Below are positions 11,090 to 19,546 of a stretch of 19,546 bases of DNA, piece after piece; position 1 is the stretch's first letter, and each line of letters begins with the position of its first letter. The position numbers were made by a program, and so were the translations under genes. The notes beneath the pieces were generated by a model. The model saw nothing but the letters and a program-made list of their open reading frames with translations. It had not been told where the DNA came from and made no database searches. The DNA is taken from positions 246,198 to 265,743 of the forward strand of contig CAJNUA010000065.1 of assembly GCA_905330235.1 (NCBI GenBank), written 5' to 3'. The DNA comes from Rotaria sp. (taxonomy: Eukaryota).

Positions 11090-12070
11090 TTTGGTTTTAG
11101 TAAAGATCCTGGGAAAAGATAACAGAATATAATATCTTTTCCAAGATCTTGATAAGATCTTGCTTATCAATCCCCAGATTTCAACGTCTTGCTTACAAGG
11201 TATTCGACTAGGGTAGTCTTAATCCTTTTCATGTCTTGGAAAAACTGAAAAAAATCTTTCAGAATTCTAAATTTCAAGGGTCTTGAAGAGTTTTCTTTAG
11301 AATTCTATTAATTGCAGTACTAAGATATCTCATGATGCAACAAAATCCTTTTCAGAATATCTTCAAGTTCTTGCTCAGCTTTTTTTATCAACTAACAATG
11401 AAGGATTCTATCAGAATTCATTTTCAACTCTATTTCGACGCTAGACAGGAATAACAAAAAGAATTATACTATGACTCTATCAATTTTTGATCAGGATCCT
11501 CTATCCGTGCCTATTATAAGTAACTTTTCTAAACTTGCTCAGGGTCGTGTTGAGATCTGCTTGGGAAGGCATATGTAGAGTCCAGACTAGGGAATAACAC
11601 ATATGGCTAGTTTCTTAATGAAAAAACATCATGGTTAAGTGAAAATTTTTTTAACTAAGGTGTATTAAAAATTTGATCTTGAGAATCCTATCAATACTTA
11701 CCACTAATTTAGTTCACGACCTCAAAAACAATCAAATGATTTCGTCAATATTTTAGCCAGTTTCCGTTCTGGATCTGTTCAAGATCTTCTAATCTCTGAA
11801 CGCCAACAAACTTCACTGTCAATGTGAAGTAAAATATTAACAGGAATAAACAAAAGTTTCTCAAGATTATACTATGCTTTTGTTCCGACTTTGACAGAAA
11901 TCTAAAGACACAAGAACCTAACAGGATTTCATTTCAATTTTCACTGCTTTTGCTATTAAGGTGAACAGAAGGATCCGAACAAAAGCTTAGATGATTCTTT
12001 CTTCAATGTTGTTAAGATTGATATTCAATATGATCTAACACCCAAGTGCTGAAATGAATTATCTTTTGGA
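11090..12070 (+). repeat. Degenerate cluster of the same repeat family. It holds the best copy B at about 11255-11520, flanked by partial or diverged copies.
   Basis: Motifs recur within the cluster. ttcagaattct occurs at about 11259 and about 11299. ttcaag(g/t)tcttg occurs at about 11274 and 11365. cttgctcag occurs at about 11370 and 11543. gactaggg occurs at about 11204 and 11588. attatactatg occurs at about 11463 and 11866. ggatctgttcaagatcttct at about 11771 resembles the copy-A end ggatctgttcaggatctct. Confidence 0.55.
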
Positions 12071-13864
12071 TTTTATCTTCACATAAAACTTGAAAATTCA
12101 TTAAATTAAGGTGTTAGTATCAATTACAGTTATTACACTAATTTTTTCTTTAAAAAAAGATTTTTAGCAAAAAGCAAGTCTTTCAAAAAAACTTTTTCAA
12201 TTCAATGCATTTGTGGGAAAAGCTCAAAAATATAGTTCTTAATCGACTTAAAATGAGCAGATAATAGTATATTTTTTTTAAAACTTCAATACTGCATTTT
12301 TAGAATTTTTTCTCGTAACAATCGTTGTTCAACTGAAAGCACAATACAAGTCGATAAATCAGACGGAATTTAACATATCGAATGTTTAAGTTATATTAAA
12401 TAATATGACACAGTCCAGCAGGGTAAGCTAACCATTGTATAAACTGCATGTCTAGAGATCAATATTCTTTGTGCTCATTTATCTTTTGTTCTGTTTAGAA
12501 AATCGTGCAACATTCGATCAGAATCTTTTCCAATGAAAAATCATTGAAATCCTTACAAGATCCTAATTTAAGAACAACCGAAAATATCAGATATGTCAGG
12601 GATCTAATTCTAAAACAGCAGAGATTTTCATTAGAGAACAATAAGAAACTTAAGCAATGGAAAATGAATTGGTCTAGACGTTGTTTTTGGCCGATCAATT
12701 ATGTGTTGTCAAGTTGTCATCGGGTGAAGCAAAAAAAATTTTTCTTGTCGTTACAACAAACACAAGAAAAGATGTAATTAAATTTTATGTGAAAAGGCTT
12801 TTATGATCATCCACGTTGATGTCAAGAGAAACGTAAAGTTAAATATGAATTTGAGGTTTTTCAATGGGTTAGCTAGTGTGCATTTATGGACGATCTGGTC
12901 AAGAGCGGACGTATCGAGATTGAAATATTCTCGCCAATCATGTAAATTTTTTGTCTTGTTTTCATCGAAATCAAAAATTTGTCTTGCATTCTACTAAAAA
13001 AAGTGTTTTCATTCCTAAAAAACTCGCAAGCATCTAAATGGTGGCTACCTTGAACCACCACTGTGTGTATCTTAAGATAAAGTACAGAAAATAACAAAGC
13101 TTCTATGTCAAGGGTATTAACAACTAGACAGTGAAGTACTAAAGAACTACCGACCAACAAAATTTGAAACTTTAATAGCAGATAGACCTCGCGAAATAGA
13201 TCCAAAGCTTCGATCAAACCAACTTTCCATCGTACGTCCTTCTATGATATATTGGAGTTCGGAGACAAGTTCTCTAAAATTTTATCTTGATTTTTCTAAG
13301 ATACTACGTCTAAACGAGCTGAACAGTTTTTACCGGTACTGTAAAATGTTGGTACGAGAGCTTCTGTTTCCTTACTATCATACTGTTTGCCAATACAAAA
13401 GTCGAAATATGAGATTTGCCACAAATAATGCTTCTTTTTCGATTAGAGCGAATCTTTGTAAAGCCTACCAAAAACCATCTGAAGCACATTTTATGAAAGT
13501 ATCCTGTTCGTGATGGACATGTGTGTAAACTTCTCTTTATTTACGCCTGCACCGTCGATTTAAATTTCGACTTCTTCTTGGTGTGTGTTCAAGTGTCCAA
13601 GGCAATATATTGAGGATTCACAGGTGGTTTGTAGCGGATCTAGGATATTGGTGAATGGATCGAATTAGAGGTCGTAATGAACTCATTTTTGAGTATCTTT
13701 GCTGAGGCAAAATCAAGAAGTATTTCGGAACGTACGACAATCGCTCCTCAGTGCCCTCTTCTGAATTCACCATTGTCGATAGTATAGAGTCGTGAATTAT
13801 CATGATTTGCAACAGAAGTAGATCAATGGGCAAGACTATCTGTAGTTTTAAAATCTTTTCACAA

Positions 13865-13912
13865 CTGATCGGTGCTCAACGATAACGCTAGAATTTAATG
13901 AGATTTATACTG
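13865..13912 (+). repeat. Left copy of a roughly 45-bp direct repeat (gatcggtgctcaacgataacgctagaatttaatgagatttata).
   Basis: It is similar to 15395-15445 (atcggtcaaaacgataacggaagacgtttatgaactgaattcata) at roughly 70-75% identity with small indels. The pair flanks about 1.5 kb. Confidence 0.4.
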
Positions 13913-14519
13913 CACGTTCATTCGATCCCTGCATCGCAATGCCGAGCTCATACGATTGTCAGTAATGTAGTCCATTCTTGAACACTAACGCAATTCATTC
14001 GCATCAGTTTATGCAATTACAAATCATGAGAAAGAAACAATGCAAATATTGAAAATGGCTATAATCATATATACACTATTTTCACCTGTCTGAATTCTAG
14101 AGATCGAATTCAAATCGAATGAAACATTTCTCAAGTTGAATTAAGTCGATTCTGAATTGATTTTTGAGAAAGTAGGTAGAATCGAATCGAATCAAATGAA
14201 GATGTTTTTATTCAGTTTGAACAAAAAATATAGATTATCCTTTATCTTGTAAAGAAAGTAAGATAAAATACTAATTATCATATTCTAGTTTTTTACTAAA
14301 CGACAGATGTCATTATTCTATCTGAATAACCATTGACTAATAGATAACTCATGTGACACTTTTGTCCGCATTACCGCCGGTACGCCGCGGTACTGATAGG
14401 AAACGGCGGTATACCGACGACTTACCGACGAGAGTGTAGCAATCTCTGATAGAGGTATTAGTCTGGATGAAGTTATATTTTCTTCATTTCATCAATCGCT
14501 CTCGTATTCACACATCAAC

Positions 14520-14720
14520 ATGCGTTTTTATATGCAACTCGAGGCGAAAAGAAAAAGAACGTAAAAGCGAAAGAGAGAGAGAGAAAGAATCAAGGATAGA
14601 GATGTATTCAATGATACATAGTTAGGATGAAAGGAAGGATAAAACATATAATGAAAAGAAATCACAAAGGAAGAACAACACATATAATAAAAAGAAATGA
14701 CAAAAGAAAGGTTAAACATC
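14520..14720 (+). repeat. Polypurine (AG-rich) low-complexity tract with a (GA)n microsatellite core and an imperfect roughly 28-bp tandem duplication.
   Basis: gcgaaagagagagagagaaagaatcaaggatagag at about 14556-14590. acatataatgaaaagaaatcacaaagga and acatataataaaaagaaatgacaaaaga are adjacent at about 14645-14705. The plus strand is almost entirely purines over about 200 bp. Confidence 0.7.
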
Positions 14721-15394
14721 ATGTGTGAGCAATAAATTCAATCGGGAATGTTATAGATAGTGCTTACGACTTTCAATTCTATCTATGAATGATTACAGAG
14801 AGTGCCTCTGTCTAAATTAAAATGAATCAAGACAAAAACTGTTTCAAAGTACAAGTTACTAATAAAAATTGTTGCAGCGCCATCTATAATGAAAATTTAT
14901 ACCATAATGGGAGCTGATTTGGGCACTGTGATTAGAACATGCGGCTCAAACATATCAACATTATTAAGTTACATCGAAAATGACTCAATCTTGTCAGTTT
15001 CAGTAGACATGAGTGTGTGGATGTCGCTGGGTGTTTTCACTCTTATTCTCCGCAGTCACACGGACCCTCTATTATATCAAATGTTTATTAATAATTTAAT
15101 TCTCTAAAATGTACTTTCCATTGTACTTTTTGTTAAACAAATAAATAATATTTGAATATTTATGAATAGATTAGATATAGAAAAAAGTAACATGAATGAA
15201 AAAATAGAAACAATAAGTAGCTTGTTGAAAAGAAAACATTAATAAGTAGGTAATCCGTAGTATGTTGGAAAATGAGAATATCCTTCTTCTGTAAAAGTAT
15301 AAGCCACATCGAATCGAGTCCAATCCAAGTCGAATGAAGGTTTTCTCGATAGTTTCGATCACTGCAGTGTTCTTCTGAGTCGAACTTCTAACCG

Positions 15395-15445
15395 ATCAAA
15401 TAGTATCGGTCAAAACGATAACGGAAGACGTTTATGAACTGAATT
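15395..15445 (+). repeat. Right copy of the roughly 45-bp direct repeat.
   Basis: See the left copy. tcgaatgaa-containing segments (14110-14135 and 15315-15345) also recur just inside each repeat. Confidence 0.4.
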
Positions 15446-16037
15446 CATATGTGTCCTAAATATTTCGTATTAATTCAGTGGTAGAAATTCATCGATAGTA
15501 CACATTTAAATGGGTGTTTGACTAAAACATTATTTAAATTACTAATCAATATATGTACAGTTCACTTGCCACAATTAGAAACTAAACTCATAAACTCGTT
15601 TATACATCGTCAAACTATGCAAGGCAATAAAAAACATTAAAATATATTCTACATTCATTCTCTATCGGCTTGAATTTCTTCTCCAGAAACAAACGTTAAC
15701 TTCAGACACAACAATGCAACTGACTTTTATTTTTCATATTCATTCAAGTAAGGCATCAACAATCATTGAATAAAAATACAGCCTGCAAAGCAGTAGTTTT
15801 ATTAGCTGCATGTTTATACTATAAGATTGAAAACGCTTCAAGCAGGCCTCTTTCAATTATTATTTTTTTCTTCTTCAAACAAACACGAGATTATTCTTTG
15901 TTTTAATTACTTGTCTCTTCGCACCTATTTTGACGATGAAAAAGAAACCATAATGCAGTAATGAAAAAAATCATATCAGAGACCGAAAAGTAACGTTGAG
16001 GATCGAATGCAAATTTTCTCACGCCGTACAGTAGAAA

Positions 16038-18002
16038 ATGGACCGATCTCAGAGTTTCACCTCATTGTTCGAGCCTCTCATCAAATCACAACGAGAAAGT
16101 CAATCGTTATCAACCGAAAGTAGCACCAACTCCGCTCATGAAGCACCAATCAACGATTCCAATCCTATGAATCCAGTCAGTGTTACCCGCATTAGTCAAA
16201 TTAAACCTCGACCACAGAATATCGTAAGCCGAATACGGAAGAGAAATAAAGACTATTTGACTGCACATGACCACGCCACAGTCGATCATCCCACCAGTGA
16301 CGATATCTCGATCTCTTGGAGCAGCAATTCCATTAAAATAGAAGAAGGAAAACAACAGTCACCCAGACAGTGCCAGGGCAGTGTGACGCATATCCTTTCA
16401 AACAAACATAAATCTCCTTCTCTACACAAAATCGAAAACTCTAAGAAAAATCAGGACAATTCGACTTCACAAGGACATGCTAATGTAGTTCATGTATCGA
16501 AGGATGATCTTTCGATCGTTTCTAGCGACAACTACAGTCCAACCGTACGGAAAGAAGCACAACAGCTCTCTCAAAATAACATTCGAGTCAGTCATGGGAA
16601 CCAAACTGAACTTCAGTCTTCTCCTCACAAGATTGATACGCGCAAAAGAAAAAGTGACTATTTGACAGCCCAAGGCCATGTTACCGTAAATGGTGGGGCG
16701 AAAAAGGACGCTCCCATTTCTTCCTTGCTTAAGAGCAACAACAGCAGCGAAAGTGAACAACAGCAACTCGCTGAAAACGCAGTCAGTATTACTCACAATA
16801 ATCCAGATGAACTTCAGCTCTCGCCTATCTATGAAAAAGAGACGCAAAAGAGAAATCAAGAGTATTTGACTACACAGCGTCATGTTAATGTTAATCGCGT
16901 TTCAAAGGATGATCTTCCGATCATTGCTGGCGACAACTATACTACGATCATAAAGAAAGAAGCTCAGCAATCTACTCAAAATAATATTCGAATCAGTCAT
17001 GTGAGTCAAACTGAACTTCGTCCTTCTCCCCACAAGATTGACACACGGAAGAGACATAGCGACTATTTAACAGCTCAAAGCCATGTTACCGTGAATGGTG
17101 GTGCAAGAAAGGACTCTTCCATTTCTCCTACGATCAAGAACAACAACAGTAGAGGAAGAGAATCACAGCAACCAGCTGAAAAGCAAGTCAGTGTTACTCA
17201 CATTAATCCAGATGGACTTGAGTTTTTCTCCATCTACAAAGAAGAGGTACGAAAGAAGAATCAAGAGTATTTAACCGCACACGGTCATGTTAATATTCAT
17301 CACACTTCTAAGGATGATCTCTCAATGTTAACCAGGAACAAATGCAATCAAATCTTACATAAAGAAGCACAGCAGTCATATCAAAATAATATTCAAGTCA
17401 GCCATATTAGCCAACCTGAATTTCAGCCTTCACATCACCAGATTGACATGCAGAAGAAAAAAATTGACTATTTAACAGCTAAAGGTCATGTTACTGTAGT
17501 TGATGGTGTGAAACAGGATTCCTCCATTCCTCCTACGATCGAGAGCAACAGTAGTAGAGAAAGAAATTCAGAGCAACTTACTGGAAATCAAATCAGTGTC
17601 ACTCATATTAACCCAAATGGACTTGAGTTTTTCTTCACTCACAAAGAAGAGATACAAAAGAACAATCAAGATTATTTAACGGCGCAAGGTCACGCTACCA
17701 TTAGTGGTGCTTCAAAGCGCGATCTCTTCACATGTCAGACTATGGGCGATATAGCAGTCAATGGGAAAAGAAAACAACCAGCGAGTGATTATATTAGTGT
17801 GCGTTATACACGAAAAAATCATGTAAGACCGACTGAAGTTACAATGACGGTTGATACCGAAGTGAAGAAAGAGCAAAGTGTGTCCATTGGAAGCAATCGT
17901 AGGAATAAAACCGTGCCCAAAACAGATAGCCAACCACAACTTAATGTAAACAGTGTTGATATCAGACTTTCAGCGGTGAGTAATAAAACAAACGAAATAT
18001 GA
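16038..18002 (+). CDS. Large hydrophilic low-complexity tandem-repeat protein (654-aa ORF) of unknown function. Rich in Ser, Gln, Asn, Lys, His and Thr. No signal peptide or transmembrane segment in the N-terminal 60 aa. It is likely exon 1 of a gene that continues downstream.
   Basis: This is the longest ORF in the window by far, inside AT-rich DNA where random ORFs are under about 100 aa. The start has a Kozak context (gaaaATGg) and an in-frame TAG 6 nt upstream. Internal periodicity: seven units each begin with the motif D/E-Y-L-T-A/T-x-G/R-H-V/A-x-V. The nucleotide period is about 400-405 nt (A-type starts at about 16655, 17050 and 17466; B-type starts at about 16862 and 17263). The complementary-strand ORFs (16110-16355, 16467-16883, 17712-18034) are shadows. 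Confidence 0.75.
   Translation: MDRSQSFTSLFEPLIKSQRESQSLSTESSTNSAHEAPINDSNPMNPVSVTRISQIKPRPQNIVSRIRKRNKDYLTAHDHATVDHPTSDDISISWSSNSIKIEEGKQQSPRQCQGSVTHILSNKHKSPSLHKIENSKKNQDNSTSQGHANVVHVSKDDLSIVSSDNYSPTVRKEAQQLSQNNIRVSHGNQTELQSSPHKIDTRKRKSDYLTAQGHVTVNGGAKKDAPISSLLKSNNSSESEQQQLAENAVSITHNNPDELQLSPIYEKETQKRNQEYLTTQRHVNVNRVSKDDLPIIAGDNYTTIIKKEAQQSTQNNIRISHVSQTELRPSPHKIDTRKRHSDYLTAQSHVTVNGGARKDSSISPTIKNNNSRGRESQQPAEKQVSVTHINPDGLEFFSIYKEEVRKKNQEYLTAHGHVNIHHTSKDDLSMLTRNKCNQILHKEAQQSYQNNIQVSHISQPEFQPSHHQIDMQKKKIDYLTAKGHVTVVDGVKQDSSIPPTIESNSSRERNSEQLTGNQISVTHINPNGLEFFFTHKEEIQKNNQDYLTAQGHATISGASKRDLFTCQTMGDIAVNGKRKQPASDYISVRYTRKNHVRPTEVTMTVDTEVKKEQSVSIGSNRRNKTVPKTDSQPQLNVNSVDIRLSAVSNKTNEI
16650..17720 (+). 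repeat. Intragenic tandem repeat array inside the 654-aa ORF. About 2.6 copies of a roughly 402-nt (134 aa) unit, each made of an A half and a B half of about 67 aa.
   Basis: A-type half-repeats: DYLTAQGHVTVNGGAKKD...ITHNNPDELQLSPIYEKETQKRNQ, DYLTAQSHVTVNGGARKD...THINPDGLEFFSIYKEEVRKKNQ and DYLTAKGHVTVVDGVKQD...THINPNGLEFFFTHKEEIQKNNQ. B-type half-repeats: EYLTTQRHVNVNRVSKDDLPII...SHVSQTELRPSPHKIDTRKRHS and EYLTAHGHVNIHHTSKDDLSML...SHISQPEFQPSHHQIDMQKKKI. They are read directly from the translation. Confidence 0.85.
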
Positions 18003-18027
18003 TTCTTCTGAATGCCTTTTGTTTTAG

Positions 18028-18140
18028 GATACACCTCTGATTCAAAATAATAGCCGTCAGAATAGAATGCTGCGGTCTAACGTGCGTGTTCTCCAAGAGA
18101 AGAAAAACGTCTTAGAGAACCAAGGAACATCAATCATGTA
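18028..18140 (+). CDS. Candidate second exon of the repeat-protein gene (DTPLIQNNSRQNRMLRSNVRVLQEKKNVLENQGTSIM). It ends either at TAA 18138-18140 or at a GTAAGT donor at 18137.
   Basis: A strong phase-0 donor CAGCG|GTGAGT lies at 17976 inside the ORF, 27 nt before its in-frame stop. A polypyrimidine acceptor gcctttt gttttag|GAT lies at 18027/18028. The resulting reading frame is open and heptad-like. AATAAA sits at 18148-18153 immediately after the TAA. Confidence 0.4.
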
Positions 18141-19263
18141 AGTTGCTAATAAAAAATAGCCATGCTACATGTCTTGGATATTCGTCAATGAGAAGATCGC
18201 CGAACTACTTTAGAGTGGAAAATTAATGTCCAACTAACTAAAAGTAGCTCGCCAGTTCTTGCAGAAAGGGTATTTCACAGACCGAGGTCGTGAGTTTTTG
18301 AAGTATTGTAATGTTTTAATGAAAATCAAAATGATAGAATTTTCCATAGGCCTTGATGAACGCCTTTACAGAGATGATGGAGGCCATTAATCGAATGACC
18401 TAGAAACACAGACGCAGGAATATTAATAATCTAATATAAGCGATTTGGTTTTCATCTCACATAGAGAGGAAGAGAGAAAATAGTTTTCATTGTAAACCAG
18501 TTTTTGAAAACGTTATTATATGTGTGCTTTGCATGTAAAACCATTCGAGTTCGTTGGATTGGCTCCGAACTCGGTTTTGTCAGGGTTTACAAATGTGCAT
18601 CATCCGAATCAGAATCAGAGGATTTCATACCGGACAGAATCTATTTACCATGCGATATTCCAAAACCGATAGTTAAGTTGCAATTTCCTTTCGTCAATTT
18701 TCTTTATGAATAATTCGTCATTGTATTTGCAAGCTAGTTTATCTTATGACACTTCAATGTTCTTTTTCCAGCCTAACTTCATTCGCATAGATGAAATTTA
18801 TCAAATGTGTTGAAGGGATATATTGGATTTATAATGAACAGTAATGTCACTGTAATGCGACGCTGAAAATTCAGATTTTCTGGCGAATAAATCCTTTTTT
18901 GGGGCTTCATCATTCGTCAGCCGTTGCCACACAAAACCATAATAAAAAGATATCCTCGTCTCAAAAAGGTAAACGAATATTCACGTATGAGCTTATAAGG
19001 AATAAGAAATAACACCACTACAAGCAATGTTGAATTCAGCGAACAACATAAACTAACTTTAATGTTGATTTTGCCAAGTTTCAAGAAGTTCTTGATACAG
19101 ACTTGGGTTGTTGCTTGACTGCCATTATATTCCAGACCATGCATAGTGCTTTTCTGTAAAAAACGGAAGGGACACATCTTTTTTTTTACGTAAGCAGATG
19201 ACGGAAGATCACTTTATGACAATGTTACATTAACAAAATATTTTTTGCTCTTTTGTATTACAG

Positions 19264-19546
19264 GCGAAATATTTTCCACAAGCCATGGGGCATGTTTGCC
19301 TTGGTAGCAGCAACTATTCTCATCCTGGGTGGAATCACAGCTCTCGTACTTGGCCTATTGTTAAGTACGTTTTTTATTAATATAGTTTGCTCTCTGATAC
19401 AAGATTTGATAAAAACAGGATCAACGGGTACGCCTACATCGACAACAACAAGTACATCAACAACAGCTACTACTGCGACGACAACAACAACAACAAGCGC
19501 AACAAGTAAGAAATCATTACATGAACGAGCAGTTTTGTACACGTAT
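19264..19546 (+). CDS. Partial gene (5' portion, running off the window) encoding a single-pass membrane protein with a Thr/Ser-rich mucin-like region: ...MFALVAATILILGGITALVLGLLLS...TGSTGTPTSTTTSTSTTATTATTTTTTSATSKKSLHERAVLY...
   Basis: On the plus strand one frame is open from an acceptor-like site (ttttttgctcttttgtattacag|GCG at 19263/19264) to the window end. It contains ATG at 19292 followed by a 24-residue hydrophobic helix and then (ACN)n Thr codons. The 94-aa minus-strand ORF at 19258-19542 (VVVVVAVVAVV) is its antisense shadow. A candidate in-frame 54-nt intron (GTACGT at 19365 ... aaaaacag at 19418) would excise the AT-rich segment STFFINIVCSLIQDLIKTG. Confidence 0.5.

Noticed and set aside
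13905-13945. tRNA-like T-arm motif (gttcattcgatccctg)
   Set aside because: It only loosely resembles GGTTCGAATCC. No acceptor stem, D-arm or anticodon arm can be built around it.
16110-18034. Minus-strand ORFs 16110-16355, 16467-16883, 17712-17939 and 17819-18034 listed in the track
   Set aside because: All lie antisense to the 654-aa plus-strand repeat-protein ORF. Their products are hydrophobic and low-complexity with no motifs. These are typical antisense shadows of a long coding region.
19258-19542. 94-aa minus-strand ORF with poly-Val tract (VVVVVAVVAVVDVLVVVDV)
   Set aside because: It is the reverse complement of the (ACN)n Thr-codon run of the plus-strand transmembrane/mucin-like gene. 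The plus strand gives a coherent transmembrane helix plus Thr tract and an acceptor site, so the minus ORF is a shadow.
1-19546. A prokaryotic defence island, operon, CRISPR array or other 'novel system' suggested by the prompt
   Set aside because: The sequence shows spliceosomal GT-AG introns and AATAAA signals. It has no Shine-Dalgarno-spaced tightly packed ORFs, no direct-repeat/spacer array and no bacterial-type genes. It is eukaryotic nuclear DNA, so that framing does not apply.

Overview
This is eukaryotic nuclear DNA, not prokaryotic. It is very AT-rich and its coding islands are interrupted by canonical GT-AG introns. Most introns are tiny (about 50-68 bp), which fits a compact invertebrate genome such as a helminth; the organism cannot be determined from the sequence alone. 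No bacterial-style operon, CRISPR array or defence island is present. I can support three protein-coding genes. (1) On the minus strand, 3662-7677, an 11-exon gene encodes a clear orthologue of serine palmitoyltransferase long-chain base subunit 2 (SPTLC2/LCB2, class-II PLP aminotransferase). I reconstructed it exon by exon by comparison with my recollection of the human SPTLC2 protein sequence, and it includes the PLP-lysine motif GTFTKSF. (2) On the plus strand, 16038-18002, a 654-aa ORF encodes a low-complexity, tandem-repeat protein with a roughly 400-nt (about 134 aa) period built from alternating A/B half-repeats that each begin D/E-Y-L-T-A-x-G-H-V. I do not recognise its function. It probably continues through a GTGAGT donor at 17976 into at least one short downstream exon. 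(3) At the window end, 19264/19292 to 19546 on the plus strand, a partial gene encodes one transmembrane helix followed by a Thr/Ser-rich mucin-like tract. Its antisense Val-rich ORF in the supplied track is a shadow. The roughly 8 kb between 8000 and 16000 has no convincing coding capacity. It contains a dispersed/tandem interspersed-repeat family (copies at about 2040-2290 and 11255-11520, within a degenerate cluster 11090-12070), a pair of roughly 45-bp direct repeats at 13865 and 15395, a small GC-rich island with an inverted repeat at about 14350-14430, and a 200-bp polypurine/GA-microsatellite tract.
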